Assembly: GCA_016186495.1 (NCBI GenBank)
Contig: JACPLO010000001.1
Coordinates: forward strand, 11,907 to 75,906
Reading direction: 5' to 3'
Origin: Candidatus Niyogibacteria bacterium
GTDB taxonomy: Bacteria > Patescibacteriota > Minisyncoccia > JACROR01
Length of the DNA: 64,000 nt
Shown here in pieces: positions 1-8,149 of this stretch; the stretch's first letter is position 1, and each line of letters starts with the position of its first letter. Made by a program: the position numbers and the translations under genes. The notes beneath the pieces were generated by a model. The model saw nothing but the letters and a program-made list of their open reading frames with translations, had not been told where the DNA came from and made no database searches.

Positions 1-126
1 GGCGGGTCGGCGATGGCGGCGCTTTTCGGCGCGTTGGGAATTTTAGAAAGCATGCGGCGTTATTCTCTGGAAATGCCGGGCAACAACCATAAAAATATTT
101 TAGATGAACGGGAATTTCAAATTTGA
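1..126 (+). CDS. 3' end of an upstream CDS (partial, unknown function)
   Basis: Frame open from window edge to TGA at 124-126 (...NILDEREFQI*); no recognisable motif. Confidence 0.3.
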   Translation, partial: GGSAMAALFGALGILESMRRYSLEMPGNNHKNILDEREFQI

Positions 127-254
127 ATATATGAATCCCGTTAGAAATCGTGGACGCATAATTATAATATATAATGCCGATAAAACATTAAAATTTATAA
201 GTAATATCGTAGAACGCGCAGCGCTTTTAGTGTCCGCGTCCTATTTCTAATGGG

Positions 255-2669
255 ATGAAACAATACAATCATAAAGCAATAGAAAAAAAATGGCGCGAGA
301 AATGGCAAAAAAACGGGCTTTATAGAACCGAAGAGAATTTTAAAAAATCCAAAAGTTATGTTTTGGATATGTTTCCTTATCCTTCGGGCGAAGGACTTCA
401 TGTGGGGCATCCGAAGGGGTATATCGCGACTGATATTTATTCGCGCTGCCAAAAAATGAAAGGCAAAAATATCTTGCGGCCAATGGGGTGGGACGCGTTC
501 GGGCTGCCGGCGGAAAACTACGCTCTTGAACACAAGATTCATCCTAAAGCGGCGGTGGATAAAAACATAAAAAGATTTAAAAAACAGCTGTCTCTTTTAG
601 GCTTTAATTATGATTGGTCGCGCGAGATTAACACCACGGATCCGGATTATTACAAATGGACCCAGTGGATTTTTCTAAAACTTTTTGAAAAAGGATTGGC
701 TTACGAGTCAAATGAGCCGATTAATTGGTGTCCGTCGTGCCTGACCGGCTTGGCTAATGAGGATTTGGAAGGAAATGTTTGCGAGCGGTGCGGCAGCGCG
801 GTGGAAAAAAAACCTCTGCGGCAGTGGATGTTAAAAATCACCGATTACGCGGAGCGTTTATTGGAAGATTTGGAAGAACTAAATTGGCCGGAATCCATTA
901 AAGAATCGCAGAGGAATTGGATCGGAAAAAGTCAGGGAGCGGAAATAGATTTTGGCGTTGTCGGGAATAATGAAAAAATAACAGTTTTTACCACGCGTCC
1001 CGACACGCTTTTTGGCGCTACTTATTGCGTGCTTTCTCCGGAACACAAAATAATTAAAAATTTAAAATTTAAAATTAAAAATTACAGTGAGATCAATGAA
1101 TACATTGAAAAAGCGGCGGCTAAATCCGAAATTGAACGAATTGCCGAGGATAAAGAAAAAACCGGCGTGGAATTAAAGGGGATTAAGGCGATTAATCCGG
1201 CGAATAACGAAGAATTGCCGGTTTTCATCGCGGATTACGTGCTGATTCATTACGGTACGGGCGCGATTATGGCCGTGCCGGCGCATGATGAACGGGATTG
1301 GCAATTTGCCAAGAAATTCAATTTGCCGATTAAACAGGTAATCTGCCAGTTTTATCCGGAACCTAAATGTCCGGTTCTGGATAACGCTTATCTCGGCGGG
1401 GGAAAGCTGGTGCAATCCGGAAAGTTTAATGGAATGGATTCTGAAAAAGCAAAAAAAGAAATCACCAAGTTTGTCAACGGAAAAATTGCCGTTAAATATA
1501 AATTGCGCGATTGGGTATTTTCCCGCCAGCGTTATTGGGGCGAACCGATTCCGATTATCCATTGCGAAAAATGCGGGGCCGTGGCGGTGCCGGAAAAAGA
1601 TTTGCCGGTGAAGTTGCCTAAAGTCAAACATTATGAGCCGACAGGCACGGGAGAATCGCCGTTGGCGGGGATAAAAAATTGGATGAAAACAAAGTGCCCG
1701 AAGTGCGGCGGAAAAGGAAAAAGGGAAACCAACACGATGCCGCAATGGGCGGGCTCGTCCTGGTATTATCTTCGTTATCTTGATCCGAAGAATGATCAGG
1801 CGCTTGTTGACAAGAAAAAAGAAAAATATTGGTCGCCGGTTGACGTGTACGCGGGCGGAGCGGAGCACGCGACGCGCCATTTGATTTACGCGCGTTTTTG
1901 GCATAAATTTCTCTATGACCTCGGGGCGGTGAATTATTCCGAACCTTTTAAGCGCCTTCAAAACGTGGGATTGATTATTGCCGAAGACGGCCGAAAAATG
2001 AGCAAACGTTACGGTAATATCATTAATCCCGACGATATCGTGGAAGTTTACGGCGCCGACACTTTACGGATTTATGAAATGTTTATGGGGCAGTTTGATC
2101 AGGCGGCCAACTGGAACACCGAAAGCATTATCGGGGCAAGAAGATTTTTGGAAAAGATTTGGCGATTAGCGGAAAAAATCGGGAAGCCGGAACCGCGGAT
2201 TAAGAACAAAAGAATTGAATATTTAATTAATCAAACCATTAAGAAAGTCGGCGAGGATATTGAAGAATTTAAATTTAACACCGCGATCGCTCAAATGATG
2301 ATTTTATTAAATGAGCTGGAAAAAAGCGGAACAACGCCGAAAAATGTTTTTGAGCCGTTTCTTAAAATTCTCGCGCCGTTCGCGCCGCATCTTAGCGAAG
2401 AACTCTGGGAAAAAATGGGAAACAAAACTTCGGTTCATTCGGCAAAATGGCCGGAGTACGATCCAAAAATGATTAAGGAAAAAATTTTTGAATTGGTGAT
2501 TCAAATAAACGGCAAAGTGCGGGCAAAAATGGAAGCGCCGGTTGAAGCGAGCAAAACCGAACTTCAAGAGCTGGCGCTCAATCATCCCGTTATAAAAGAA
2601 AAATTAGCCGCCACCGCGCCTAAAAAAATAATCGTCGTCCCCGGCCGCTTGGTAAATGTGGTTGTTTAA
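255..2669 (+). CDS. leuS: leucyl-tRNA synthetase
   Basis: 804 aa; class I aaRS HIGH motif (PSGEGLHVGHPKGY), KMSKS (KMSKR), LeuRS editing/CP1 and anticodon-binding regions recognisable. Confidence 0.95.
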   Translation: MKQYNHKAIEKKWREKWQKNGLYRTEENFKKSKSYVLDMFPYPSGEGLHVGHPKGYIATDIYSRCQKMKGKNILRPMGWDAFGLPAENYALEHKIHPKAAVDKNIKRFKKQLSLLGFNYDWSREINTTDPDYYKWTQWIFLKLFEKGLAYESNEPINWCPSCLTGLANEDLEGNVCERCGSAVEKKPLRQWMLKITDYAERLLEDLEELNWPESIKESQRNWIGKSQGAEIDFGVVGNNEKITVFTTRPDTLFGATYCVLSPEHKIIKNLKFKIKNYSEINEYIEKAAAKSEIERIAEDKEKTGVELKGIKAINPANNEELPVFIADYVLIHYGTGAIMAVPAHDERDWQFAKKFNLPIKQVICQFYPEPKCPVLDNAYLGGGKLVQSGKFNGMDSEKAKKEITKFVNGKIAVKYKLRDWVFSRQRYWGEPIPIIHCEKCGAVAVPEKDLPVKLPKVKHYEPTGTGESPLAGIKNWMKTKCPKCGGKGKRETNTMPQWAGSSWYYLRYLDPKNDQALVDKKKEKYWSPVDVYAGGAEHATRHLIYARFWHKFLYDLGAVNYSEPFKRLQNVGLIIAEDGRKMSKRYGNIINPDDIVEVYGADTLRIYEMFMGQFDQAANWNTESIIGARRFLEKIWRLAEKIGKPEPRIKNKRIEYLINQTIKKVGEDIEEFKFNTAIAQMMILLNELEKSGTTPKNVFEPFLKILAPFAPHLSEELWEKMGNKTSVHSAKWPEYDPKMIKEKIFELVIQINGKVRAKMEAPVEASKTELQELALNHPVIKEKLAATAPKKIIVVPGRLVNVVV

Positions 2670-2727
2670 ATATCAATACTATTTGTTTTTACTGGTGTAA
2701 ATAAAGATATGACAAATAAGTAATTAA

Positions 2728-2752
2728 AAATGGCTTTAAATAAGCCATTTTT
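2728..2752 (+). terminator. weak intrinsic terminator after leuS
   Basis: 9-bp stem AAATGGCTT/AAGCCATTT with 5-nt loop followed by TTAAGTT; AT-rich, modest. Confidence 0.35.
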
Positions 2753-2782
2753 AAGTTATCCACAATTTTTGCAGAAAATACT

Positions 2783-2811
2783 TTGACAAAATAATAAAAA
2801 GTTTTTAAACT
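2783..2811 (+). promoter_or_regulatory. sigma70-like promoter, probably leaderless transcript for the TrmB-like regulator
   Basis: TTGACA (2783-2788), 17-bp spacer, TAAACT (2806-2811), ATG at 2818 with no convincing SD. Confidence 0.4.
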
Positions 2812-2817
2812 GGAAAG

Positions 2818-3573
2818 ATGCTTGCTAAAATAATTCCGCTCTTAAAATCTATCGGGCTTAATGATAAAGAAATAGCGGTTTATTCGGCGATTTTGCCTTT
2901 AGGTTCGGTTTCTATCCGCGTTATTGCCGAGAAAACCGGCATTAACCGCGGCACGGTCTATGATATTTTAGAATTGCTTTCCGCAAAAGGGCTGATTTCT
3001 TCGGAAAAGCGCGGCGCGAAAAGAAAATTTATTGTGGAATCTCCGGAAAAAGTTTTAGAAGAGTTGGAAAAAAAAGAAAAGATGATTCAGTTTCAAAAAC
3101 AAAAAGTTCAGGAAGCAATGCCAACTTTTTTGTCTTTTTACGCCAAGCAAGGCGGCCGGCCCACGGTGGAATATTTTGACGACGACCAGGGGATTAAAAT
3201 GATTTTGGAAGATGTTTTGGAAATTAACCGTAAATTGGAAGAAAAGATGACTTATGTTTATTCTTCGCGGCCGGTCAGGGATTATCTTTACCGCCTTTTT
3301 CCTGAATTTACCAAAGAAAAAATAAAACAAGGCATCAAAACAAAAGTCGTGGCGCTGGGAGCCGGCGGCGATCCTAAGAATTTAAAAATGGCGGAACGCC
3401 GATGGCTGAAAGACGAAGCGCCGGCTTATTTTTTGCTTTACGGCCCGAAAATCGCCTTAATTTCGGTCGCGGAAGATGAAAAGCCGTTTGGAGTGGTTGT
3501 CAGCGACGAAAAAATCGCCAAGACGCAAAAAATTATTTTTGAATCCCTTTGGGAAAGATTAAAAGAGAAGTAA
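2818..3573 (+). CDS. TrmB-family HTH transcriptional regulator
   Basis: N-terminal winged-HTH (IAVYSAILPLGSVSIRVIAEKTGINRGTVYDILELLSAKGLI) typical of TrmB sugar regulators, C-terminal effector-like domain. Confidence 0.6.
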   Translation: MLAKIIPLLKSIGLNDKEIAVYSAILPLGSVSIRVIAEKTGINRGTVYDILELLSAKGLISSEKRGAKRKFIVESPEKVLEELEKKEKMIQFQKQKVQEAMPTFLSFYAKQGGRPTVEYFDDDQGIKMILEDVLEINRKLEEKMTYVYSSRPVRDYLYRLFPEFTKEKIKQGIKTKVVALGAGGDPKNLKMAERRWLKDEAPAYFLLYGPKIALISVAEDEKPFGVVVSDEKIAKTQKIIFESLWERLKEK

Positions 3574-3618
3574 TACTATTATTGTGAAATTATAAAGTTT
3601 TAAATAAGCTTAAAGCTC

Positions 3619-3767
3619 GGAAATACCTGACTTTCAAGACACATTTTGCTCGCTCCTGCGGCTCGCTTCATTCTATCCTCGGCGAAAAAATTTTTTGTTA
3701 AAGAAATATTATAACAAAAAATACCAATCTTTTTCGCCTGCGGGCGGTCTTGAAAGTCAGTATTTCC
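3619..3767. repeat. 149-bp element bounded by 22-bp near-perfect inverted repeats (long hairpin / MITE-like), followed by a T-run
   Basis: GGAAATACCTGACTTTCAAGAC (3619-3640) vs GTCTTGAAAGTCAG-TATTTCC (3747-3767), 21/22 complementary; inner GGCGAAAAA/TTTTTCGCC pairing; CTTTTTTG follows. Confidence 0.6.
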
Positions 3768-3815
3768 TCGCTTTTTTGAATTTCATGATAAGTATAAGTA
3801 ATAAATATAAATAGC

Positions 3816-5648
3816 ATGTGCGGCATCGTAGGTTACATCGGCGATAAAAACGCGATTAAAATAGCGCTTGAAGGAATCAAGCGCTTGGAATATCGCGGTT
3901 ACGACAGCGCCGGAGTGGTTGGTTTGGCCAAAGCCGGCGGCAAGCCGTTTTTTAAAAAATCCGCGGGAAGAATTTCCGTTCTTGAAGCAAAAATCAAAAA
4001 AATTCCTCAAGCTTCCTGCGCTATCGCCCATACGCGCTGGGCCACCCACGGCGAGCCTACGGTTGCCAACGCCCATCCCCATTCTTGCTGCCGAGAAGAA
4101 ATTTTTGTGGTCCATAACGGCATTATTGAGAACCATAATTTTTTAAGAGGCGCGCTGGAGCGCGAAGGCCATATTTTCAAATCCGAAACTGACACGGAAG
4201 TTTTAGCTCATTTAATTGAAAGAAGTTCTGACGCGAATGGTTTAGAGAGCGCAGTTAGGGAAGCGCTCCGCCATGTTAAAGGAACTTTTGGCTTAGCGGC
4301 GGTCAGCCGCCGTTATCCGGACCGATTAGTGGCGGCTCGCCGCGGCTCGCCGCTTTTAGTGGGAGTGGGGGAAGGTGAATATTTTTTAGCTTCGGACGCG
4401 GCGGCTTTAGTCAATTATACGAAGCGGGTAATTTATTTAAATGACAATGAAATGGCGGTTTTAACTTCCAAAGGATGCGATATTTTTGATTTTTCCAAAA
4501 AGAAAATTTCCAAAACCATTGATACGATTGATTGGGATTTGGAAGAATCGCAAAAAGGCGGCTACGCTCATTTTATGGAAAAAGAAATTTTTGAAGCGCC
4601 GCAGGTTATAAAAAACACCATTGGCGGCCGGATCATCGCCAAAGAAGGCGAGGTAAAACTGGGCGGTTTAGAGCCGATTGAAGATCAGCTTTACGATATT
4701 AACCGTTTGGTGGTCGTTGCTTGCGGCACTTCTTATTATTCCGCTTTGATTGGAAAATATTTATTTGAAGAATTTGCCGGTTTGCCGGTAGAAGTGGAAT
4801 ATGCTTCCGAATTCCGCTATCATTCTTTGCCGCTCGGCAAACGTACGGCGGTTTTGGCGATTTCTCAATCCGGCGAGACCGCCGACACTTTGGAAGCGAT
4901 CAGAGAAGCTAATCGAAAAGGCGCTTTAACTTTAGGAATTGTTAATATAGTGGGTTCTTCCATCGCGCGCGAAGTAAGAGCCGGCGTTTATAATCACGCG
5001 GGGCCGGAAATCGCGGTTGCTTCCACTAAAGCGTTTTTATCGCAATTGACGGTTTTAACTCTGATGGCGGTTTATTTCGGCCGCTTGAGGTATTTGGAAA
5101 AAGAAGAAGCAAAAAAAATTCTGGCTGATTTACTTTCGCTTTCCGGAAAAATTGAATATCTTTTTCGCCAAGCCGGCGCCATTAAAAAAATCGCCGCGAA
5201 ATTCAAGGATTCTTTAAATTTTCTGTATTTGGGGAGAAAATATAATTGGCCCGTGGCTTTGGAAGGCGCGCTAAAATTGAAAGAAATTTCTTATATTCAC
5301 GCCGAGGGTTATCCGGCCGGCGAAATGAAACACGGCCCGATCGCGGTCATTGAGCCTTCTTTTCCGACAATCGCCATTGCTCTGAAAGACAGCGTTTACG
5401 AGAAAGTTTTATCCAACGTGGAAGAAATCAAAGCGCGCAAAGGAAAAGTGATTTTGATTTGCGAGGAAAAAGACCGGCGGGCGGCGGCGATCGCCGATGA
5501 AGCGATTTTTATTCCCAAAGTCAGCGAGCCGCTTTCGCCGATTCTTTCGGTGATTCCCCTCCAGCTCTTCGCTTATTATCTGGCGGTTTTAAAAGGGTAT
5601 GACGTTGATAAACCGCGTAATTTAGCCAAAAGCGTTACGGTTGAATAA
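3816..5648 (+). CDS. glmS: glutamine--fructose-6-phosphate aminotransferase (isomerizing)
   Basis: 610 aa; N-terminal MCGIVGY Ntn-amidotransferase start, two SIS domains, C-terminal ...KSVTVE. Confidence 0.95.
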   Translation: MCGIVGYIGDKNAIKIALEGIKRLEYRGYDSAGVVGLAKAGGKPFFKKSAGRISVLEAKIKKIPQASCAIAHTRWATHGEPTVANAHPHSCCREEIFVVHNGIIENHNFLRGALEREGHIFKSETDTEVLAHLIERSSDANGLESAVREALRHVKGTFGLAAVSRRYPDRLVAARRGSPLLVGVGEGEYFLASDAAALVNYTKRVIYLNDNEMAVLTSKGCDIFDFSKKKISKTIDTIDWDLEESQKGGYAHFMEKEIFEAPQVIKNTIGGRIIAKEGEVKLGGLEPIEDQLYDINRLVVVACGTSYYSALIGKYLFEEFAGLPVEVEYASEFRYHSLPLGKRTAVLAISQSGETADTLEAIREANRKGALTLGIVNIVGSSIAREVRAGVYNHAGPEIAVASTKAFLSQLTVLTLMAVYFGRLRYLEKEEAKKILADLLSLSGKIEYLFRQAGAIKKIAAKFKDSLNFLYLGRKYNWPVALEGALKLKEISYIHAEGYPAGEMKHGPIAVIEPSFPTIAIALKDSVYEKVLSNVEEIKARKGKVILICEEKDRRAAAIADEAIFIPKVSEPLSPILSVIPLQLFAYYLAVLKGYDVDKPRNLAKSVTVE

Positions 5649-5726
5649 AATGATTATATTTATTTAAAAAAACAAAACTGTTGCATTTTTTAATGAGGTA
5701 TGTTATTATATTTTTAGTATAGATTT

Positions 5727-5755
5727 TTGACAGTTAAATTTGACAGTTATAAAAA
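5727..5755 (+). promoter_or_regulatory. candidate promoter with duplicated TTGACAGTTA box upstream of 5791 gene pair
   Basis: Direct repeat TTGACAGTTA at 5727-5736 and 5740-5749 (13-bp period); TATAAAAAT at 5748-5756; strong SD AAGGAGGT at 5779-5786 before ATG 5791. Confidence 0.35.
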
Positions 5756-5790
5756 TGGCAATTATGCCTTAAATAATAAGGAGGTAAGCA

Positions 5791-6303
5791 ATGCGACAGT
5801 ATGAATTGGAAGATGTAAAGGCTTATACAAGATCATTTTTAGGTGTGATATGTGTCGGTTTTCTGTTTATTTTGTTTAGTCTTATTTTTAGATTGATATT
5901 TGTCAATTTCGTTGACAACTATGAAATTGGTTATAGATATGAGACTTTTGGTGAGAATGCTGGCAAGGTTTCGGCACTTTCCAGAACAGGTTATTTCATT
6001 ACTTGGCCATTCAAAACTAAAATTCACACAATTGACGGACGCCCAATGCAGGTTTGTATCAGTTCAATCAACCGCGTACTGAATTGCAAATTAGTCCAGT
6101 TTAATCCAAAGGGGGTTGACCTATTTATTTCTTGGCATGGGCGCGGCAATTACGATAATGTAAGCACAACTCATGGACCGTCGCTATTAAATCAGATCCT
6201 TATGGCTTATGCTTATGAGGGTAGCGGCAAGGAGTATCCGTTTCTTACTATTATCCGCGAGTTGAAACCATCTGAAATTCAAATTCAGGAGGTCAAAAAG
6301 TGA
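5791..6303 (+). CDS. hypothetical membrane-anchored protein (paralog A of tandem pair)
   Basis: 170 aa, N-terminal TM helix, strong RBS; shares motif block (PMQVCISS..RVLNCKLVQFN) with downstream ORF. Confidence 0.5.
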   Translation: MRQYELEDVKAYTRSFLGVICVGFLFILFSLIFRLIFVNFVDNYEIGYRYETFGENAGKVSALSRTGYFITWPFKTKIHTIDGRPMQVCISSINRVLNCKLVQFNPKGVDLFISWHGRGNYDNVSTTHGPSLLNQILMAYAYEGSGKEYPFLTIIRELKPSEIQIQEVKK

Positions 6304-6743
6304 AGAAATTGCGTGTCGCTGGGATTACTTGCTTGGCGGCGTTAGTTCTTTTTTGGCTTATCTGCGTTCATTATGCAGAAGTAAACCAGTTGGGCATCCG
6401 CTGGAATTTCGTTACCGGCGAAATAAGCGCAGATATTCATAAAGGAATTAATGTAACGCCGCCTTGGGTTCTTGTCTCTCTTATTAACACGCACCCAATG
6501 AGGGTGTGTGTTACAACCTCCGGAAGAGGATTTAACTGCCGCCTAATTCAGTTTCAATCGAAATATTACCGCGAATTTGTTGAAACTGAAGGTTTCCGTT
6601 ATTGGTGGTGGGCAAATCGTATTTCTTTCAATTTTGGATATTCCGAGGAGTATCGAGGAATGAAAGATCTCTTGCGAGGATATTCTTATGGTGTCAAACA
6701 ATATTCGTTTGTAAAAACTTTGAAAGAATATCAAGAAGAATAA
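6300..6743 (+). CDS. hypothetical membrane-anchored protein (paralog B), GTG start overlapping upstream stop
   Basis: 147 aa, N-terminal signal/TM; GTGA start-stop overlap; motif PMRVCVTTSGRGFNCRLIQFQ matches paralog A. Confidence 0.5.
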   Translation: MKKLRVAGITCLAALVLFWLICVHYAEVNQLGIRWNFVTGEISADIHKGINVTPPWVLVSLINTHPMRVCVTTSGRGFNCRLIQFQSKYYREFVETEGFRYWWWANRISFNFGYSEEYRGMKDLLRGYSYGVKQYSFVKTLKEYQEE

Positions 6744-6748
6744 ATATG

Positions 6749-6790
6749 AGCCTGGATTCGCTAACGCGACGCTCCAGGCTTTTTTATTTT
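6749..6790 (+). terminator. intrinsic terminator
   Basis: AGCCTGGA...TCCAGGCT stem followed by TTTTTATTTT. Confidence 0.6.
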
Positions 6791-6934
6791 ATGCTAAAAG
6801 TAACTATTGATTAAACTGAATTTTTATTTTAATATCTCAATCAGTAATCGCGCGCTTAAAATGCGCGTTTCAGCAAATTTAAAAACAATGGATTATCCAT
6901 TTATAAGGAAGAAAAAAATGAAAGGAGGAATAAA

Positions 6935-8035
6935 ATGATTCTGCCCTATCAGCATTTAATCAGCGCGGTGGACGGCAAAAAGCCGATAGTTTTAGCCGAG
7001 CCGAAGATTTTAAAAAAACAAATTCAAGCGGCGACGATTGACTGCCGTTTGGGAGAAAGAATTTTTCGGATAAGCACTTCAATGATTCCCCAATCAAATG
7101 AAAAAATCAGCGAGCTTATCAAGAAATATTGCATTTACGATTTTAAAATAAAAGAAGGCTCGGTTTTAGAGCCGAACGCCTGTTACCTTATTCCTTTAAG
7201 GGAAGAATTAAAGCTTCCGAAAGAGTTCTTCGCCGTGTTCAGCCCGAAAAGTTCAAGCGGCCGGGTGGATACTTTCATCAGAGTTTTAAGCGATAATTTT
7301 TCCAGATACGATATTGTTTCTTATGGCTATCAGGGAAAACTTTATCTGGAAATTATTCCGCTTTCCTTTCTTATCGGGATTGCGCCCGCCATTGAATTAG
7401 TTCAATTAAGGATCAAGAGCAGAGACAGTTTTCTTTCAAATGAAGAATTGCGTTTGGCGCACGTCAAACACGGCTTGGTTTATTCGAATAATGGAGAATT
7501 ATTAGATGCTGACGAAATAGTTTTGCAGAGTGGAAGCGTTCAGTTCAGCATTGATCTTAGCGGAAGGGAAATCGTGGGGTTTAAAGCAAAAAGAAATCCC
7601 ACTGATAAAATTGATCTTTTCCGCAAGAATTATTATGAAGCGGAAAATTTTTGGATTCCCATTCAAAGGCCGAAAAATCGCGAATTAGTTCTGACGCCCG
7701 GCGATTTTTATCTTTTAACGACAAAAGAAAAGATAAAAATCCCGCCGGAGTACGCCGCGGAAATTATGGTGTACGATGTTACTGCCGGGGAATTACGGAC
7801 TCATTACGCGGGATTTTTTGATCCCGGCTTTGGGGGAGAATTTGGCACAAACGTGGTTTTGGAGGTCAGGGCAAGGGACGTTCCTTTTCGGCTTTTTGAC
7901 GGCCAGCCGATTTGCCGGATGGTTTTTGAAAAAATGCTGGAAACGCCGGAAAAAATTTATGGAGAAGGATTTGGTTCCCATTATACCGGCAGCGGGCCTT
8001 CTTTAAGCAAGCATTTTAAAAAAGCATGGCGGTAA
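6935..8035 (+). CDS. long-form dCTP deaminase-like protein (tandem dUTPase-fold domains)
   Basis: 366 aa; C-terminal half has dCTP deaminase motifs (SIDLSG, HYAGFFDPGFGGE, VVLEV), N-terminal half a degenerate copy (ATIDCRLGE, SPKSSSGRVD). Confidence 0.6.
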   Translation: MILPYQHLISAVDGKKPIVLAEPKILKKQIQAATIDCRLGERIFRISTSMIPQSNEKISELIKKYCIYDFKIKEGSVLEPNACYLIPLREELKLPKEFFAVFSPKSSSGRVDTFIRVLSDNFSRYDIVSYGYQGKLYLEIIPLSFLIGIAPAIELVQLRIKSRDSFLSNEELRLAHVKHGLVYSNNGELLDADEIVLQSGSVQFSIDLSGREIVGFKAKRNPTDKIDLFRKNYYEAENFWIPIQRPKNRELVLTPGDFYLLTTKEKIKIPPEYAAEIMVYDVTAGELRTHYAGFFDPGFGGEFGTNVVLEVRARDVPFRLFDGQPICRMVFEKMLETPEKIYGEGFGSHYTGSGPSLSKHFKKAWR

Positions 8036-8046
8036 TTTTGCCGCAA

Positions 8047-8082
8047 AATCCGGATATTTCTAAAATATTCGGATTTTTTTTT
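8047..8082 (+). terminator. intrinsic terminator
   Basis: AATCCGGATATT / AATATTCGGATT stem followed by TTTTTTTTT. Confidence 0.55.
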
Positions 8083-8149
8083 GTTGTTTTACGGCTTAAT
8101 TATTGTTATAGTGTAATCAGGAAAATTCTTTCGCTAAACTGACATATAA

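Noticed and set aside
195-2585. Minus-strand ORFs 195-542, 1173-1961 and 2307-2585, and the plus-strand ORF 1429-1611 in another frame, all inside or overlapping leuS
   Set aside because: All are antisense or out-of-frame to a confidently identified 804-aa LeuRS; Arg/Phe-rich low-complexity translations typical of shadow ORFs.
3574-3815. glmS ribozyme upstream of glmS
   Set aside because: The spacer is structured, but I could not find the conserved glmS-ribozyme core segments; left as an unclassified hairpin element.
3783-4195. ORFs 3783-4136(-), 3868-4146(+), 4007-4195(-) overlapping glmS start
   Set aside because: Shadow ORFs within or antisense to glmS.
6935-8035. Calling the dCTP-deaminase-like gene an antiphage nucleotide-depletion system
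   Set aside because: No N-terminal kinase-like domain and no neighbouring defence genes (no RM, Cas or abortive-infection hallmarks); retained only as a cautious finding.
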